This document shows positions 29,161 to 40,988 of a DNA stretch of 64,000 bases, one piece after another. Under the pieces are notes generated by a model, which did no database searches, was not told the DNA's origin, and saw only the letters and a list, made by a program, of their open reading frames with translations. Position 1 is the first letter of the stretch, and each line of letters begins with the position of its first letter. A program made the position numbers and the translations under genes. The stretch is from an uncultured Clostridia bacterium (GTDB taxonomy: Bacteria > Bacillota > Clostridia > TANB77 > CAG-508). The DNA lies in NCBI GenBank assembly GCA_944387555.1, contig CALXFH010000007.1:717-64716 (forward strand), given 5' to 3'.

Positions 29161-31041
29161 TTAATCTATTTCAATTTTTCCTGTATATAATCCATAGTAC
29201 ATTCCATGTTTCTTTATTAAGTCATCATGTTTACCACGTTCCATAATAATTCCATGGTCTAGCACCATAATTAAATCAGAGTTTTTAATTGTTGATAATC
29301 TGTGTGCTATAACAAAAACTGTTCTTCCTTTCATTAACTCATCCATACCATCTTGAACTACTTTCTCAGTTCTTGTATCAATTGAAGATGTTGCTTCATC
29401 TAGTATTAATACTGGTGGGTTATTTAAGGCTGCTCTTGCAATTGAAAGTAATTGTCTTTGTCCTTGTGATAATCCTTCTCCGCTTCCATCAATCATTGTA
29501 TCATATCCATGTGGTAAATGTTTTATAAATCTATCAGCATTAGAAAGTTTTGCTGCCTCATATACTTCCTCATCTGTTGCATTTAATTTACCATAACGAA
29601 TGTTTTCTCTAATTGTTCCAGTAAATAGATTTGTATCTTGTAAAACCATTCCTAAAGATCTTCTTAAGTCTTGTTTTTTAATTTTCTTAATGTTTATTCC
29701 ATCATAACGAATTTTTCCACCTTGAATATCATAGAAACGATTTATTAAGTTTGTAATAGTTGTTTTTCCTGCACCTGTTGCACCTACAAATGATACTTTT
29801 TCTCCTGCATTTGCAACTAATGATATATCATGTAAAACTTCCTTTTTAGGCTCATAACCAAATTTAACATGCTCAAACTCAACATCACCACGAAGTTTTG
29901 TATATGTTACACTTCCATCATGATGTGGATGTTTCCAAGCCCACATTCCTGTTCTTTCTTCAACTTCAACTATTTTTCCATTTTCTTCTTTACAATTTAC
30001 TAAAGTTACATATCCATTATCTTTTTCTGATTCTTCATCTATTAAAGCAAATATTCTTTCAGCTCCAGCTAGTGCCATAATAATTGAATTCATTTGTTGT
30101 GATACTTGACCTAGTGGGTTTGTGAATGCTTTTATATATTGTAAAAACGCTGCAATACTTCCTATTGTTAAAATACCATTTACTGCAAGTACTCCACCAA
30201 TTACTGCAATTAATACATATCCTAAGTTACCTATATTTGCAATACAAGGCATTAATGTATTTGCATAGCTATTTGCTTTTGTCATACTGTCGCATAAAGC
30301 TTCGTTTAACTCATCAAATCTTTCTTTGTTTTCTTCTTCATGGCAGAATACTTTTACAACTTTTTGACCTGCCATCATTTCTTCTATATAACCATTTACA
30401 ATACTTAAGTTCTTTTGTTGAGCTATGAAGTTCTTAGAACTCCTTGATGCAAAGAACCTAGCTACAGCTACCATAATGGCCACCATAACTAAAACTACTA
30501 ATGTTAAATAGATATCTGTTGCAAACATTGCAATTAAAACTGCTATCATTGATATTGCACAAGAAAATACTTGTGGAATACTTTGTGAAATACATTGTCT
30601 TAATGTATCAACATCGTTTGTATAAGTACTCATTGTTTCACCATGTGGATGGCTATCAAAATATCTTATTGGTAATGTTTGCATGTGAACAAACATTTCT
30701 TTTCTTATATTATGTAGTATTCCTTGTGATATATTTATCATTAATCTATTATAAAGGTATGTGCTAATAACACCAATTAAATATAAAACTCCCATAGCAA
30801 CTATTGCATTAAATAAAGAAGAGTAATCAGGATTGCTATTTCCCATAAGTGGTACTATAAAATCATCTATTAAGTATTTTAAGAATTGAACACCTAAAAC
30901 ACTTACTAAGGCACTAATTATTATACTAATACATACAATTACAAATTGTACTTTATATGTCCCTGTTACATACTTTAATAATCTTTTTACTGTTTTAAAA
31001 GTATTCTTATTCTTGTTCTTCTTGTTTTCCTTCTCCATCAT
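29161..31041 (-). CDS. ABC exporter, fused permease/ATPase (heterodimer subunit B)
   Basis: TM domain, GATGAGKT, LSQGQRQ, DEATSSID. Confidence 0.92.
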   Translation of the reverse strand: MMEKENKKNKNKNTFKTVKRLLKYVTGTYKVQFVIVCISIIISALVSVLGVQFLKYLIDDFIVPLMGNSNPDYSSLFNAIVAMGVLYLIGVISTYLYNRLMINISQGILHNIRKEMFVHMQTLPIRYFDSHPHGETMSTYTNDVDTLRQCISQSIPQVFSCAISMIAVLIAMFATDIYLTLVVLVMVAIMVAVARFFASRSSKNFIAQQKNLSIVNGYIEEMMAGQKVVKVFCHEEENKERFDELNEALCDSMTKANSYANTLMPCIANIGNLGYVLIAVIGGVLAVNGILTIGSIAAFLQYIKAFTNPLGQVSQQMNSIIMALAGAERIFALIDEESEKDNGYVTLVNCKEENGKIVEVEERTGMWAWKHPHHDGSVTYTKLRGDVEFEHVKFGYEPKKEVLHDISLVANAGEKVSFVGATGAGKTTITNLINRFYDIQGGKIRYDGINIKKIKKQDLRRSLGMVLQDTNLFTGTIRENIRYGKLNATDEEVYEAAKLSNADRFIKHLPHGYDTMIDGSGEGLSQGQRQLLSIARAALNNPPVLILDEATSSIDTRTEKVVQDGMDELMKGRTVFVIAHRLSTIKNSDLIMVLDHGIIMERGKHDDLIKKHGMYYGLYTGKIEID

Positions 31042-32770
31042 CTTCCTCTCCTTTCTTTTGAGACTCATATACCTCTTGGTATATTGCATTTGTTTTTAAT
31101 AATTCTTCTGATGTTCCTATTCCGTTTATTTTTCCATCATCTAGTACTATTATTCTATCTGCATCTTCTACTGATGTTATTCTTTGTGCGATTATTATTT
31201 TTGTTGTATTTGGTATTTCTTCTCTAAATGCTTTTCTAATTAAAGCATCTGTTTTTGTATCAACAGCACTTGTTGAATCATCTAATATTAATATTTTTGG
31301 TTTCTTAAGTAATGCACGTGCAATACAAAGTCTTTGTTTTTGTCCTCCTGATACATTAGTTCCACCTTGGTCTAATACTGTATCATATTTATCTGGGAAT
31401 TCTTGGATAAATTGATCTGCTTGTGCTAGTTTACAAACTCTAACTAACTCTTCATCTGAAGCATCTTTATTTCCCCATCTTAAATTTTCTTTTATTGTTC
31501 CAGAGAACAATACATTTTTTTGTAATACTACTGCAACCTCATTTCTTAAAGTTTCTATATCATAGTCTCTTACATCTACTCCACCAACTTTAATAGAACC
31601 TTTAGTTACATCATAAAGTCTTGGAATTAAGTTTACTATTGTTGACTTAGAACTTCCTGTTGCTCCTATTATTCCTATTGTTTCTCCGGATTTAATGTCT
31701 ATATTAATATCTTCTAAAGGTAATTCATCTTCTGCTTTTGCATCATCATATTGGAATGATACATGGTCAAATATAATAGAACCATCTTTTACCTCTTTTA
31801 TAGGATTTTCATTATTATGTATTGTACTTTCTTCATCTAATACTTCTACAATTCTTTTTGCTGATGACTCGGCAATAATTATCATTACAAATACCATTGA
31901 AATCATCATTAAGCTAGAAAGTATTTGCCAAGCATAAGTTATTATACTTGATAATTCACCTGTTTGCATTGAGCCACCTACTATTAACTTAGCACCAAGC
32001 CAAGATAATAATAATATACAAGTATATATTGCAAGTTGCATTGCGGGTGAGTTAAACGCTACTATTTTTTCTGCTGTTTTAAATAGTTTGTATACTTCAT
32101 CATTTACATTTCCAAATTTTTTCTCTTCATGTTCTTCTCTGTTATATGCTTTTACTACTCTAATTGCATTTAAGTTTTCTCCAACAACTCTATTTAAACT
32201 ATCATATTTTTTAAATACTTTTTCAAAATATGGATGTGCTTTGATTGCAATAAAGAATAACACTACTGCTAATATTGGCATAACAACTACAAATATCCAT
32301 GCTAACTCACTATTTATGCTAAATGCCATAACTAGAGCAAATATAAGCATTATAGGTGCTCTAACTAAAATTCTTATTATCATCTGGAATGCTTGTTGTA
32401 CGTTTGTTACATCTGTCGTAAGTCTTGTTACTAAACTTGATGTTGAAAATTTATCTATGTTTGTAAAAGAATAATTTTGTATGTTATAAAACATTCCTTG
32501 TCTTAGATTTTTTGCAAAACCTGCTGATGCTTTTGCTGCATATCTTCCTGATAGCATACCAAATGTTAATGATAAAAAGGCTGAAACAACTAGAATGGCT
32601 CCTATTTTAAATATATAATTTAAATCACTATTTTCTATACCAACATCTATTATTCTTGCCATTAGGTATGGTATTAAAACTTCCATGATAACTTCAAAAA
32701 CAACAAAAATAGGTGTTAATATTGAGTCTTTTTTATACTGTTTTATATATTTTGCTAATTTCTTTATCAT
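31007..32770 (-). CDS. ABC exporter, fused permease/ATPase (heterodimer subunit A)
   Basis: GATGSSKS, VSGGQKQR, degenerate DDSTSAVD. Confidence 0.92.
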   Translation of the reverse strand: MIKKLAKYIKQYKKDSILTPIFVVFEVIMEVLIPYLMARIIDVGIENSDLNYIFKIGAILVVSAFLSLTFGMLSGRYAAKASAGFAKNLRQGMFYNIQNYSFTNIDKFSTSSLVTRLTTDVTNVQQAFQMIIRILVRAPIMLIFALVMAFSINSELAWIFVVVMPILAVVLFFIAIKAHPYFEKVFKKYDSLNRVVGENLNAIRVVKAYNREEHEEKKFGNVNDEVYKLFKTAEKIVAFNSPAMQLAIYTCILLLSWLGAKLIVGGSMQTGELSSIITYAWQILSSLMMISMVFVMIIIAESSAKRIVEVLDEESTIHNNENPIKEVKDGSIIFDHVSFQYDDAKAEDELPLEDINIDIKSGETIGIIGATGSSKSTIVNLIPRLYDVTKGSIKVGGVDVRDYDIETLRNEVAVVLQKNVLFSGTIKENLRWGNKDASDEELVRVCKLAQADQFIQEFPDKYDTVLDQGGTNVSGGQKQRLCIARALLKKPKILILDDSTSAVDTKTDALIRKAFREEIPNTTKIIIAQRITSVEDADRIIVLDDGKINGIGTSEELLKTNAIYQEVYESQKKGEEDDGEGKQEEQE

Positions 32771-32775
32771 TTTTC

Positions 32776-33222
32776 TTATCCTCTCCTTTTCTCTAAATTT
32801 ATTGACATCTTCTTTGTCAATTCTTTGTACATTTTAATTTCTTCTTTCGTTATCCCTTCTGTTGCCTGTCTTTCTACTTTTTCTATGCCTTTTTCAAGTT
32901 CTTTTCTTAATTCTAAAGCCTTTTCTGTTAATACTATTCTTCTTAGTCTTGCATCGTTACCTACTGTTTCTCTTTTTATCAACCCATTTTTTTCCATGTT
33001 TTGGAGCATTCCTGCTATGCTTGCTCTTCTTATGTCAAAATTCTTTTCAATGTCTTTTGCAAAAACATCTTTTTTTCTAGACTCTTCATAGATAAAACCA
33101 ATCATCGCAGATTGAACACCTGTTATTCCATATTTTGCAAGTCTAAAATCCATCTCCCTTTTTAATTGTCTAGATAATATGTGTACACCTTTTCCTAAAG
33201 TATTATCACACATAAGTTTCAC
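32776..33222 (-). CDS. MarR family transcriptional regulator
   Basis: wHTH, MEKNGLIKR, DARLRRIVLT. Confidence 0.9.
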   Translation of the reverse strand: MKLMCDNTLGKGVHILSRQLKREMDFRLAKYGITGVQSAMIGFIYEESRKKDVFAKDIEKNFDIRRASIAGMLQNMEKNGLIKRETVGNDARLRRIVLTEKALELRKELEKGIEKVERQATEGITKEEIKMYKELTKKMSINLEKRRG

Positions 33223-33230
33223 CTCACAAA

Positions 33231-33291
33231 ATAAATAATTGTTAGGTAGCTAACAATTATTTATTCTAAAACTTATTTTTTTATTTGTCAA
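33231..33291 (-). promoter_or_regulatory. marR-ABC promoter and palindromic operator
   Basis: TTGACA-N17-TAGAAT (33291-33263), followed by the perfect IR ATAAATAATTGTTAG-GTAG-CTAACAATTATTTAT (33231-33264). Confidence 0.8.
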
Positions 33292-34387
33292 GAGAATTTA
33301 TAAATTTTCTTGGAACTCTTTTTCCTATTGTACTTAATATCTCATAATTAATTGTATCACATTTTTTTGCAACATCTTCTAAAGTAATATTTTTATTATC
33401 CCAGATATAAACATCATCTCCAGTACTAACATTCTCTATGTCTGTTACATCTACCATAAAGCTATCCATACATATGCTTCCTATAATAGGTACTTTTTTA
33501 TTATTTATTACAACTTCTCCTACATTTGACAAAACTCTTCTTAGCCCATCTGCATAACCTATTGGTACAGTTGCTATTTTAGATTTTCTTTTGCTTATAA
33601 ATCTTCTTCCATAACTAATACTTACATCTTTTTCTACTTCTTTTAAAAAGGTTATTTTTGATTTTAAAGTAGCTACAGGTTTTAAATCTATTTTTTCTTT
33701 TACACCAATTCCAGATTCATAACCATACATTATTATTCCAGGTCTTACTAAATTATGCTGATATTTACTAAAATTTATTATTCCATTTGAAGCTAAACTA
33801 TGCACATATTTTATATCAAAATTATCTTTTACTTTTTCTACTGCTTTTTCAAACCTTTCTAATTGCATCTTAGTATATTCAAAATCCTCATCCGCTGAAG
33901 ATAAGTGTGTATATACTCCTTCTACTTTTATATTTGGATTTTCTTTTAACATATTTATAAAATTATTTAAATCTTTTAATTCTACCCCTGTTCTTCCCAT
34001 TCCTGTTTCTATTTCTATATGAATACGTAATTTAGAATTTTTCCTTTTTGCTTCTTCTAAAAACTCTTCAGAACAAATTCCAACAACTAGATTATTTTTT
34101 TCTATTTTTTCTATTTCGCTTATATATGGCTGATTAAGAACAAAAATGTCTTTTTTATATCCTAAATTTCTAAGTTCTATTCCTTCATCTACAATTGCTA
34201 CTGCTACTATATCAAAATCATTTATTATATCTAACCTTGTATTTATATAAGTTCCATATCCTTCTGCTTTTATTACTGGCATAATAGTAGTTTCTGGTTT
34301 TAAGAACTTTCTTATTTGCTCTATATTATATTTAAAATTATCTAAATTGACCTCCAAAACAGTTGGTCTTGTTATATCTTCAAACAT
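33281..34387 (-). CDS. alr: Alanine racemase
   Basis: VIKAEGYG, ETGMGRTG, VRPGI, PIGYADG, ICMD. Confidence 0.93.
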   Translation of the reverse strand: MFEDITRPTVLEVNLDNFKYNIEQIRKFLKPETTIMPVIKAEGYGTYINTRLDIINDFDIVAVAIVDEGIELRNLGYKKDIFVLNQPYISEIEKIEKNNLVVGICSEEFLEEAKRKNSKLRIHIEIETGMGRTGVELKDLNNFINMLKENPNIKVEGVYTHLSSADEDFEYTKMQLERFEKAVEKVKDNFDIKYVHSLASNGIINFSKYQHNLVRPGIIMYGYESGIGVKEKIDLKPVATLKSKITFLKEVEKDVSISYGRRFISKRKSKIATVPIGYADGLRRVLSNVGEVVINNKKVPIIGSICMDSFMVDVTDIENVSTGDDVYIWDNKNITLEDVAKKCDTINYEILSTIGKRVPRKFINSLDK

Positions 34388-34450
34388 AAAATTTCTCCTT
34401 TAGTTTTAAAAAAGCCCTTGAAAATTCAAGAACTTTTTTAATTATATATT

Positions 34451-35452
34451 TTATTTCATAGCTTCTTCTACTGCAACTGCTACTGCAACTGATGCTCCAA
34501 CCATTGGGTTATTACCCATACCGATTAATCCCATCATTTCAACGTGAGCTGGTACTGAAGAACTTCCTGCGAATTGTGCATCTGAGTGCATTCTTCCCAT
34601 TGTATCTGTCATACCATAAGAAGCTGGTCCAGCTGCCATATTATCTGGGTGTAATGTTCTTCCTGTTCCACCGCCTGAAGCAACTGAGAAGTATTTCTTA
34701 CCTGCTTCTAATCTTTCTTTCTTATATGTACCTGCTACTGGGTGTTGGAATCTTGTTGGGTTTGTTGAGTTTCCTGTAATTGAAACATCAACATCTTCAA
34801 GCCACATGATTGCTACACCTTCTCTAACATCATTTGCTCCATAGCATTTAACTTTTGATCTTTCTCCATCTGAATATTTAATTTCTTCTACTACATTTAC
34901 TTTTCCTGTAAAGAAATCAAAATCTGTTTTTACATAAGTAAATCCATTTACTCTTGAAATTATTTGTGCTGCATCTTTTCCAAGTCCATTTAAGATAACT
35001 CTTAAAGGTGTTTTTCTAACTTTATTTGCTGAATTTGCAATTCCAATTGCACCTTCTGCTGCTGCAAAGCTTTCATGTCCTGCTAAGAATGCAAAACATT
35101 TTGTATCTTCTGATAATAACATAGATGCTAAGTTTCCATGTCCAAGTCCTACTTTTCTGTCATCTGCAACAGAACCTGGAATACAGAATGCTTGTAATCC
35201 TTCTCCAATTGCTTTTGCTGCATCTGCTGCTTTTGTACAACCTTTTTTGATTGCTATTGCTGCACCTAAAGTATAAGCCCAACATGCATTTTCAAAACAA
35301 ATTGGTTGTACTCCTTTTACGATTTCATAAGGATTAAAACCTTTATCTGTACATATTTTTAAAGCATCCTCAAAATCTTTTATTCCGTATTTTTCCATAA
35401 CTGGTTTTATTTGGTCTATTCTTCTTTCATAACTTTCAAATGTTACTGCCAT
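34451..35452 (-). CDS. GGGtGRT protein
   Basis: Contains the literal SGGGTGRTLHPDN motif. Confidence 0.92.
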   Translation of the reverse strand: MAVTFESYERRIDQIKPVMEKYGIKDFEDALKICTDKGFNPYEIVKGVQPICFENACWAYTLGAAIAIKKGCTKAADAAKAIGEGLQAFCIPGSVADDRKVGLGHGNLASMLLSEDTKCFAFLAGHESFAAAEGAIGIANSANKVRKTPLRVILNGLGKDAAQIISRVNGFTYVKTDFDFFTGKVNVVEEIKYSDGERSKVKCYGANDVREGVAIMWLEDVDVSITGNSTNPTRFQHPVAGTYKKERLEAGKKYFSVASGGGTGRTLHPDNMAAGPASYGMTDTMGRMHSDAQFAGSSSVPAHVEMMGLIGMGNNPMVGASVAVAVAVEEAMK

Positions 35453-35491
35453 TTTATTTCCTCCTATTATTAGATTATTTTATTTTCCAAG

Positions 35492-35537
35492 GTGTGTCCC
35501 CAATTGCTCAAAAATGTACAAAAGGAAACGTCCCCAT
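35492..35537. repeat. Half copy of the REP-like nested palindromic element
   Basis: GTGTGTCCCCAATTGCTCA...CAAAAGGAAACGTCCCCAT matches the right half of 59179-59282. Confidence 0.8.
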
Positions 35538-35538
35538 T

Positions 35539-36231
35539 TTATTGCTCTCTTGGATCTATTGTTTTTACTGCTTCATCAAATCTTCCATATGTTCCTGTTG
35601 CTTTTTCAATTGCTTCTTTTGGATCAATTCCTTTTTTGATGTTATCCATCATTTTTCCTAAATGAACATATTTGTATCCTATTATTTCATCATTTTTATC
35701 TAATCCTAATTCTAGGATATATCCTTCTGTTAATTGTAAATATCTTGGTCCTTTTAAAGTACTTGAATAAATTGTTCCTACTTGTGATGTATGTCCTTTT
35801 CCTAAGTCTTCAAGTCCTGAACCTACTGGAAGTCCTCCTTCTGAGAATGCTGTTTGGCTTCTTCCATATACTATTTGTAAGAATAATTCTCTCATTGCTG
35901 TGTTTATTGCATCACATACTAAATCTGTATTTAATGCTTCTAGGATTGTTTTTCCTGTTAATATTTCTCCAGCCATAGCTGCTGAATGTGTCATTCCAGA
36001 GCATCCTATTGTTTCTATTAAGGCTTCTTGTATAACTCCATCTTTTATATTTAATGTTAATTTACAAGCTCCTTGTTGAGGTGCACACCATCCAACACCA
36101 TGTGTTAGTCCTGATATGTCCTTTATTTCTTTTGCTTTTACCCATTTTCCTTCTTCTGGTATTGGTGCTGGTCCGTGGTCTACTCCTTTACGAACATAGC
36201 ACATGTCTTCTAATTCTTTTGAATAAGTCAT
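35539..36231 (-). CDS. IscU/NifU-like scaffold-type protein, partner of GGGtGRT
   Basis: HGVGWCAPQQGACKLTL, GCSGMTHS, LVCDAIN; start at ATG 36231. Confidence 0.8.
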   Translation of the reverse strand: MTYSKELEDMCYVRKGVDHGPAPIPEEGKWVKAKEIKDISGLTHGVGWCAPQQGACKLTLNIKDGVIQEALIETIGCSGMTHSAAMAGEILTGKTILEALNTDLVCDAINTAMRELFLQIVYGRSQTAFSEGGLPVGSGLEDLGKGHTSQVGTIYSSTLKGPRYLQLTEGYILELGLDKNDEIIGYKYVHLGKMMDNIKKGIDPKEAIEKATGTYGRFDEAVKTIDPREQ

Positions 36232-36334
36232 TTTAATTGCTCCTTTCATTACTTAAGTTTTTTGTACATATAATATATATTTTATTTAGGATATCTTATC
36301 ATTATCCTAAAGTTAACAACTTTGAATTTCTTTT

Positions 36335-37087
36335 TTATTTTTTATTTTTATGCTGTTCTTCATATCTTTTTATTTGTTCTTCAGATAATAATAATTGGTT
36401 TTTTCTGTGTGGTTTCTTTTTTTCTTCCTCTGGTTTTGTTCCCTCTTGTTTTACACTATTATTAGTTTTATTATCATCATCATTATTATTTTTATTTGCT
36501 TCATCAGTATTATATGCAATCTTATTTTCTATATCTCTTATATAGATACCTGTTTCATATGTTTCTTTCCTTCTTATTGTTTTTGGTCCTAATAAATATC
36601 TTTTTAGGATTTCTTTATCTTTTTTATTTACTTGTTCTTCGCCAATTCCTAAATATTCATATCTCCATATAATATGTCTTTCATAACTATTAAACTCACT
36701 ATGTTCTAAGTCTTCATAATTATATTCTACTTTGAATTTCATATTTTGAATTGACATAGTTATATTTGACCACAATGGTCCTGTTTCTGATTTTCTAAAT
36801 TCCTCTCTTAAAGCTTTTATTCTTCCATATAAAATGCTTACTAACTTCATATAATCGTTTTCATCCAAGTTGAATTTATTTGGTATTTCATATACATTAA
36901 CAGGCTTCTTCTTTAATATACCTCTTGGAATGTAATAGAAGTATAATTCTCCTTTTTTTTCTCCGTTTGGCATATCTATTACTGAGCTATATAAAAACAA
37001 TTTATCCCATTTTTCTGGTATCATATAATACAGTTTTTTTTGTATATCTTCGTATATCTCTTTTATTTTCTTTGTGTGATTTAACAT
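36335..37087 (-). CDS. DUF600/YezG-like protein
   Basis: MIPEKWDKLFLY, YFYY, WSNITM, FKVEYNYED, WRYEYLG pattern. Confidence 0.65.
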   Translation of the reverse strand: MLNHTKKIKEIYEDIQKKLYYMIPEKWDKLFLYSSVIDMPNGEKKGELYFYYIPRGILKKKPVNVYEIPNKFNLDENDYMKLVSILYGRIKALREEFRKSETGPLWSNITMSIQNMKFKVEYNYEDLEHSEFNSYERHIIWRYEYLGIGEEQVNKKDKEILKRYLLGPKTIRRKETYETGIYIRDIENKIAYNTDEANKNNNDDDNKTNNSVKQEGTKPEEEKKKPHRKNQLLLSEEQIKRYEEQHKNKK

Positions 37088-37092
37088 ACTTT

Positions 37093-38634
37093 TTATTCCT
37101 TATCTAATAAACTTATTCCAGTCATCTCTTCTGGTTTCTCAAGATTCATTAAGTCAAGCATTGTTGGTGCTAAGTCTGCTAGTTTACCATCATCTCTTAA
37201 TTTTACGTCTTTTTTGCTTGTTACTAATATTAATGGTACTGGATTTGTTGTATGTGCTGTATGTGGTTCTCCTGTTTTATAATCTATCATTTGCTCTGCA
37301 TTTCCGTGGTCTGCTGTTATAATTAAGTTTCCTTGTTTTTCCTCTACTAATTTTACTACTTTTCCTACACATTCATCTACTGCTTCAACTGCTTTTATTG
37401 CTGCTGGTAAACTTCCAGTATGTCCTACCATATCAGTATTTGCATAATTTAATATTATACAATCATATTTATCTTCTGATATTGCTTCTAATACTTTATC
37501 TGTTACCTCATATGCACTCATTTCTGGTTTCATATCATAAGTTTCTACTTTAGGAGATGGTACTAATATTCTATCTTCTCCTGGATATTGTTTTTCTTCT
37601 CCTCCGTTAAAGAAGAATGTTACATGTGCATATTTTTCAGTTTCAGCAATTCTTAATTGTGTATATCCATGTTTACTTATATATTCTCCAAATGTATTTT
37701 TTAATGTTTCTTTTTTGAATGCTATATGAACATTTGGCATTGTTTCATCATAGCTTGTAAAGCATACAAAATATAAATTTAAATCTTTTTTAGTTTCAAA
37801 GCCATCAAATTCTGGGTCTACTAATGCTCTTGTTATTTGTCTTGCTCTATCTGGTCTAAAGTTAAAGAATATTACTGAGTCATTTTTTTCTATTTGTGCT
37901 ACTGGTGTATCTCCATTACAAATTATTGTTGGCTCTACAAATTCATCAAATACTTCTTTTTGGTATGAATCTTCTATTGCATTTATTGCGCTTCCTGCTT
38001 TATTTCCTATTCCATTTACCATTGCATCATAAGATTTTTTAACTCTTTCCCATCTTTTATCTCTATCCATACTATAAAATCTACCAGATATTGTTGCTAT
38101 TTTTCCTACACCTTTTTCTGCCATTTTATCTTGTAATTTCATAATATAACTTTCTGCTGATGCTGGTGGAGTATCTCTACCATCTAAGAAACAATGTACA
38201 TATACATCTTCAAAGTCTCTTCTTTTTGCCATCTCTAACAAACCAAATAAATGGCGAATATGACTGTGTACTCCTCCATCTGATAATAATCCTAAAATGT
38301 GTAATTTAGAATGATTTTTCTTACAATTTTCAATTGCTGCTATAAATTCTGGATTAGTAAAGAAATCTCCATTTTCTATTGATTTTGTTATTCTTGTTAA
38401 TTCTTGATATACAATTCTTCCTGCTCCTATATTTGTATGTCCAACTTCAGAATTTCCCATTTGTCCTTCTGGTAATCCTACTGCTAATCCGCTTGTTTTT
38501 ATATCTGTATTTGGATATTTTTTCATTAATTTATCAATATTTGGTGTTTTAGCTAATTTTATAGCATTTCCATCTTTATTTGGATTATCTCCAAAACCAT
38601 CTAATATCATTAGCATCGTTAGTTTATCTTTCAT
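37093..38634 (-). CDS. gpmI: 2,3-bisphosphoglycerate-independent phosphoglycerate mutase
   Basis: [34 protein letters not shown]. Confidence 0.97.
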   Translation of the reverse strand: MKDKLTMLMILDGFGDNPNKDGNAIKLAKTPNIDKLMKKYPNTDIKTSGLAVGLPEGQMGNSEVGHTNIGAGRIVYQELTRITKSIENGDFFTNPEFIAAIENCKKNHSKLHILGLLSDGGVHSHIRHLFGLLEMAKRRDFEDVYVHCFLDGRDTPPASAESYIMKLQDKMAEKGVGKIATISGRFYSMDRDKRWERVKKSYDAMVNGIGNKAGSAINAIEDSYQKEVFDEFVEPTIICNGDTPVAQIEKNDSVIFFNFRPDRARQITRALVDPEFDGFETKKDLNLYFVCFTSYDETMPNVHIAFKKETLKNTFGEYISKHGYTQLRIAETEKYAHVTFFFNGGEEKQYPGEDRILVPSPKVETYDMKPEMSAYEVTDKVLEAISEDKYDCIILNYANTDMVGHTGSLPAAIKAVEAVDECVGKVVKLVEEKQGNLIITADHGNAEQMIDYKTGEPHTAHTTNPVPLILVTSKKDVKLRDDGKLADLAPTMLDLMNLEKPEEMTGISLLDKE

Positions 38635-38694
38635 TTATTTTCTACCATCCTTTTCCTTCTTAAAACTTTTTTTGGACTCATCTCAAAAAACATC

Positions 38695-39447
38695 TTATTT
38701 ATCATAATTTACTATTTTACTAAATTCTTCTGCTTTTAAGCTTGCTCCTCCAACTAATCCTCCGTCAATATCTGACATTGAAAATAGTTCTTTTGCATTT
38801 GATGACTTAACACTTCCGCCATACTGTATTATAACTCTAGATGCTGTCTCTTGTCCATAGATTTCTCCAATTTTATTTCTTATTTCCTTTATAGAGTTAT
38901 TTGCATCTTCACTTGTTGCTGTTTTTCCTGTTCCAATTGCCCAAATTGGTTCATATGCAATTATTGTATTTTCTACTTGTTCATTAGTTAACCCTTCTAA
39001 TGCAAGTTCTGTTTGTTTCGTTATTATATCAGTTGTTTTTCCAGCTTCTCTTTCTTCTAATGTTTCACCAACACATACTATTGGCTTTAATCCATATTTA
39101 AATGCTGCTTTTACTTTTTTATTTACTGTTTCATCTGTTTCTGCAAAATATTGTCTTCTTTCTGAATGTCCTATTATTACATATTCAACATTTATTGACT
39201 TTAACATTTTACCTGAAACTTCACCAGTATATGCACCTGATTCTTCAAAATGCATATTTTGTGCTCCTATTTTTATATTTGTATTTTGCGCTGTAAGTAA
39301 AGCGTAAAATAAATCTGTATAAGGCACACATAATATTACTTCATTTTCTGTGTCTTTTACAAGTGGTATTAATTCATTTATAAATTCTATTGCTTCTCCT
39401 GGAAGCATATTCATTTTCCAATTTCCTGCTATTACTTTTCTTCTCAT
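38695..39447 (-). CDS. tpiA: Triosephosphate isomerase
   Basis: AGNWKMN, GHSERR, AYEPIWAIGTG, LVGGASL. Confidence 0.97.
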   Translation of the reverse strand: MRRKVIAGNWKMNMLPGEAIEFINELIPLVKDTENEVILCVPYTDLFYALLTAQNTNIKIGAQNMHFEESGAYTGEVSGKMLKSINVEYVIIGHSERRQYFAETDETVNKKVKAAFKYGLKPIVCVGETLEEREAGKTTDIITKQTELALEGLTNEQVENTIIAYEPIWAIGTGKTATSEDANNSIKEIRNKIGEIYGQETASRVIIQYGGSVKSSNAKELFSMSDIDGGLVGGASLKAEEFSKIVNYDK

Positions 39448-39509
39448 AATAATCTTCCTTTCTCTTTTCACAATTCTAAGGGGAATATTTATCTTCCCCT
39501 TATTTAATA

Positions 39510-40694
39510 TTATTTATCTTGTAAACATTCTATTCCTGGTAATTTTTTACCTTCTAAGAATTCTAGTGATGCTCCACCACCTGTTGAAATGTGTGTCATT
39601 TTATCTTGAAGACCTGCTTTTCTTACTGCTGCTGCTGAGTCTCCACCACCAATTATTGTTGTTGCATCTAATTCTGATAAAACTTTTGCTATTGCATTTG
39701 TTCCTTTTGCAAATTGGTCAAATTCGAATAGTCCTAGTGGTCCATTCCATACTACTGTTTTTGCTTTCTTTAATTCTTCTGAGAACATTTCTATTGTTTT
39801 TTCTCCAATATCAAATCCTTCCCATCCATCTGGGATTTCTGTCCAGGCTACTGTTTTACTTTCTGTATCTGGTTTAAATTCTTTACCTACTCTAGTATCT
39901 ACTGGAAGCATTAATTTTACGCCTTTATCTTTTGCTTTTTGCATTAATTTTCTTGCTAAATCTAATTTATCTTCTTCACACATTGAATTTCCAACACTAT
40001 ATCCTTGTGCTTTGAAGAATGTATAAGCCATTCCTCCACCTATCATTAATGTATCTACTTTTTCTAATAAACTATCTATTACTCCTATTTTGTCAGATAC
40101 TTTAGCTCCACCTAAGATTGCCATAAATGGTCTAACTGGATTGTCTAAAGCTTCTCCTAAGAATTTTAATTCTTTTTCAATTAAAAATCCTGATACTGCT
40201 GGTAAATATGATGCTACTCCTACAGTAGATGCATGTGCTCTATGAGCTGCACCAAATGCATCATTTACATATACTTCTGCCATGCTAGCTAAAGCTTTAC
40301 TAAATTCTGGATCATTATCTGTTTCTTCTCTATGGAATCTAACATTTTCTAACAATAATATTTCTCCTGGTTTTAAATTAGCTGCTTTTGTTTTAGCATC
40401 TTCTCCTATTACATCTTTTGCCATTATTACTTCTTGTCCTAATAATCTTGATAATTCTTTTGCTACAGGAGCTAAAGAAAATTCTGGTTTAAATTCTCCT
40501 TTTGGTCTTCCTAAATGAGAACATAAAATAATACTGCAATTTTGTTCTAGTAAATATTTTATAGTTGGTAATGCAGCTACTATCCTTGTATTATCTGTAA
40601 TATTTCTGTTTTCATCTAATGGTACATTAAAGTCACATCTTACTAAGACTTTTTTTCCTTTCACATCAATATCTCTCACTGTCTTTTTACTCAT
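39510..40694 (-). CDS. pgk: Phosphoglycerate kinase
   Basis: [28 protein letters not shown]. Confidence 0.97.
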   Translation of the reverse strand: MSKKTVRDIDVKGKKVLVRCDFNVPLDENRNITDNTRIVAALPTIKYLLEQNCSIILCSHLGRPKGEFKPEFSLAPVAKELSRLLGQEVIMAKDVIGEDAKTKAANLKPGEILLLENVRFHREETDNDPEFSKALASMAEVYVNDAFGAAHRAHASTVGVASYLPAVSGFLIEKELKFLGEALDNPVRPFMAILGGAKVSDKIGVIDSLLEKVDTLMIGGGMAYTFFKAQGYSVGNSMCEEDKLDLARKLMQKAKDKGVKLMLPVDTRVGKEFKPDTESKTVAWTEIPDGWEGFDIGEKTIEMFSEELKKAKTVVWNGPLGLFEFDQFAKGTNAIAKVLSELDATTIIGGGDSAAAVRKAGLQDKMTHISTGGGASLEFLEGKKLPGIECLQDK

Positions 40695-40988
40695 TTTAAA
40701 TTCCTCCTTTATTTCTTTTACTATTTTGCACAATTTTCCTTATTTTATAAGACATTCATATTTTATAACAAAAAAGCACACTTTTCAAGTATTCTTTTTA
40801 ATTTTTTACACCATATTTATAAAAAGATACATTTATTGAAACTAGAAAACTTTCTCTTAGTTCATAATTTAATACATTATATCCATTACTACTATACCAC
40901 ATTAGTTCTTTTATTATTTATATAATATAAAAAAACAGCAAATAAAATAATTTACTGTTCTTTTCATTTTAATATAAGTGGTTCTCCT

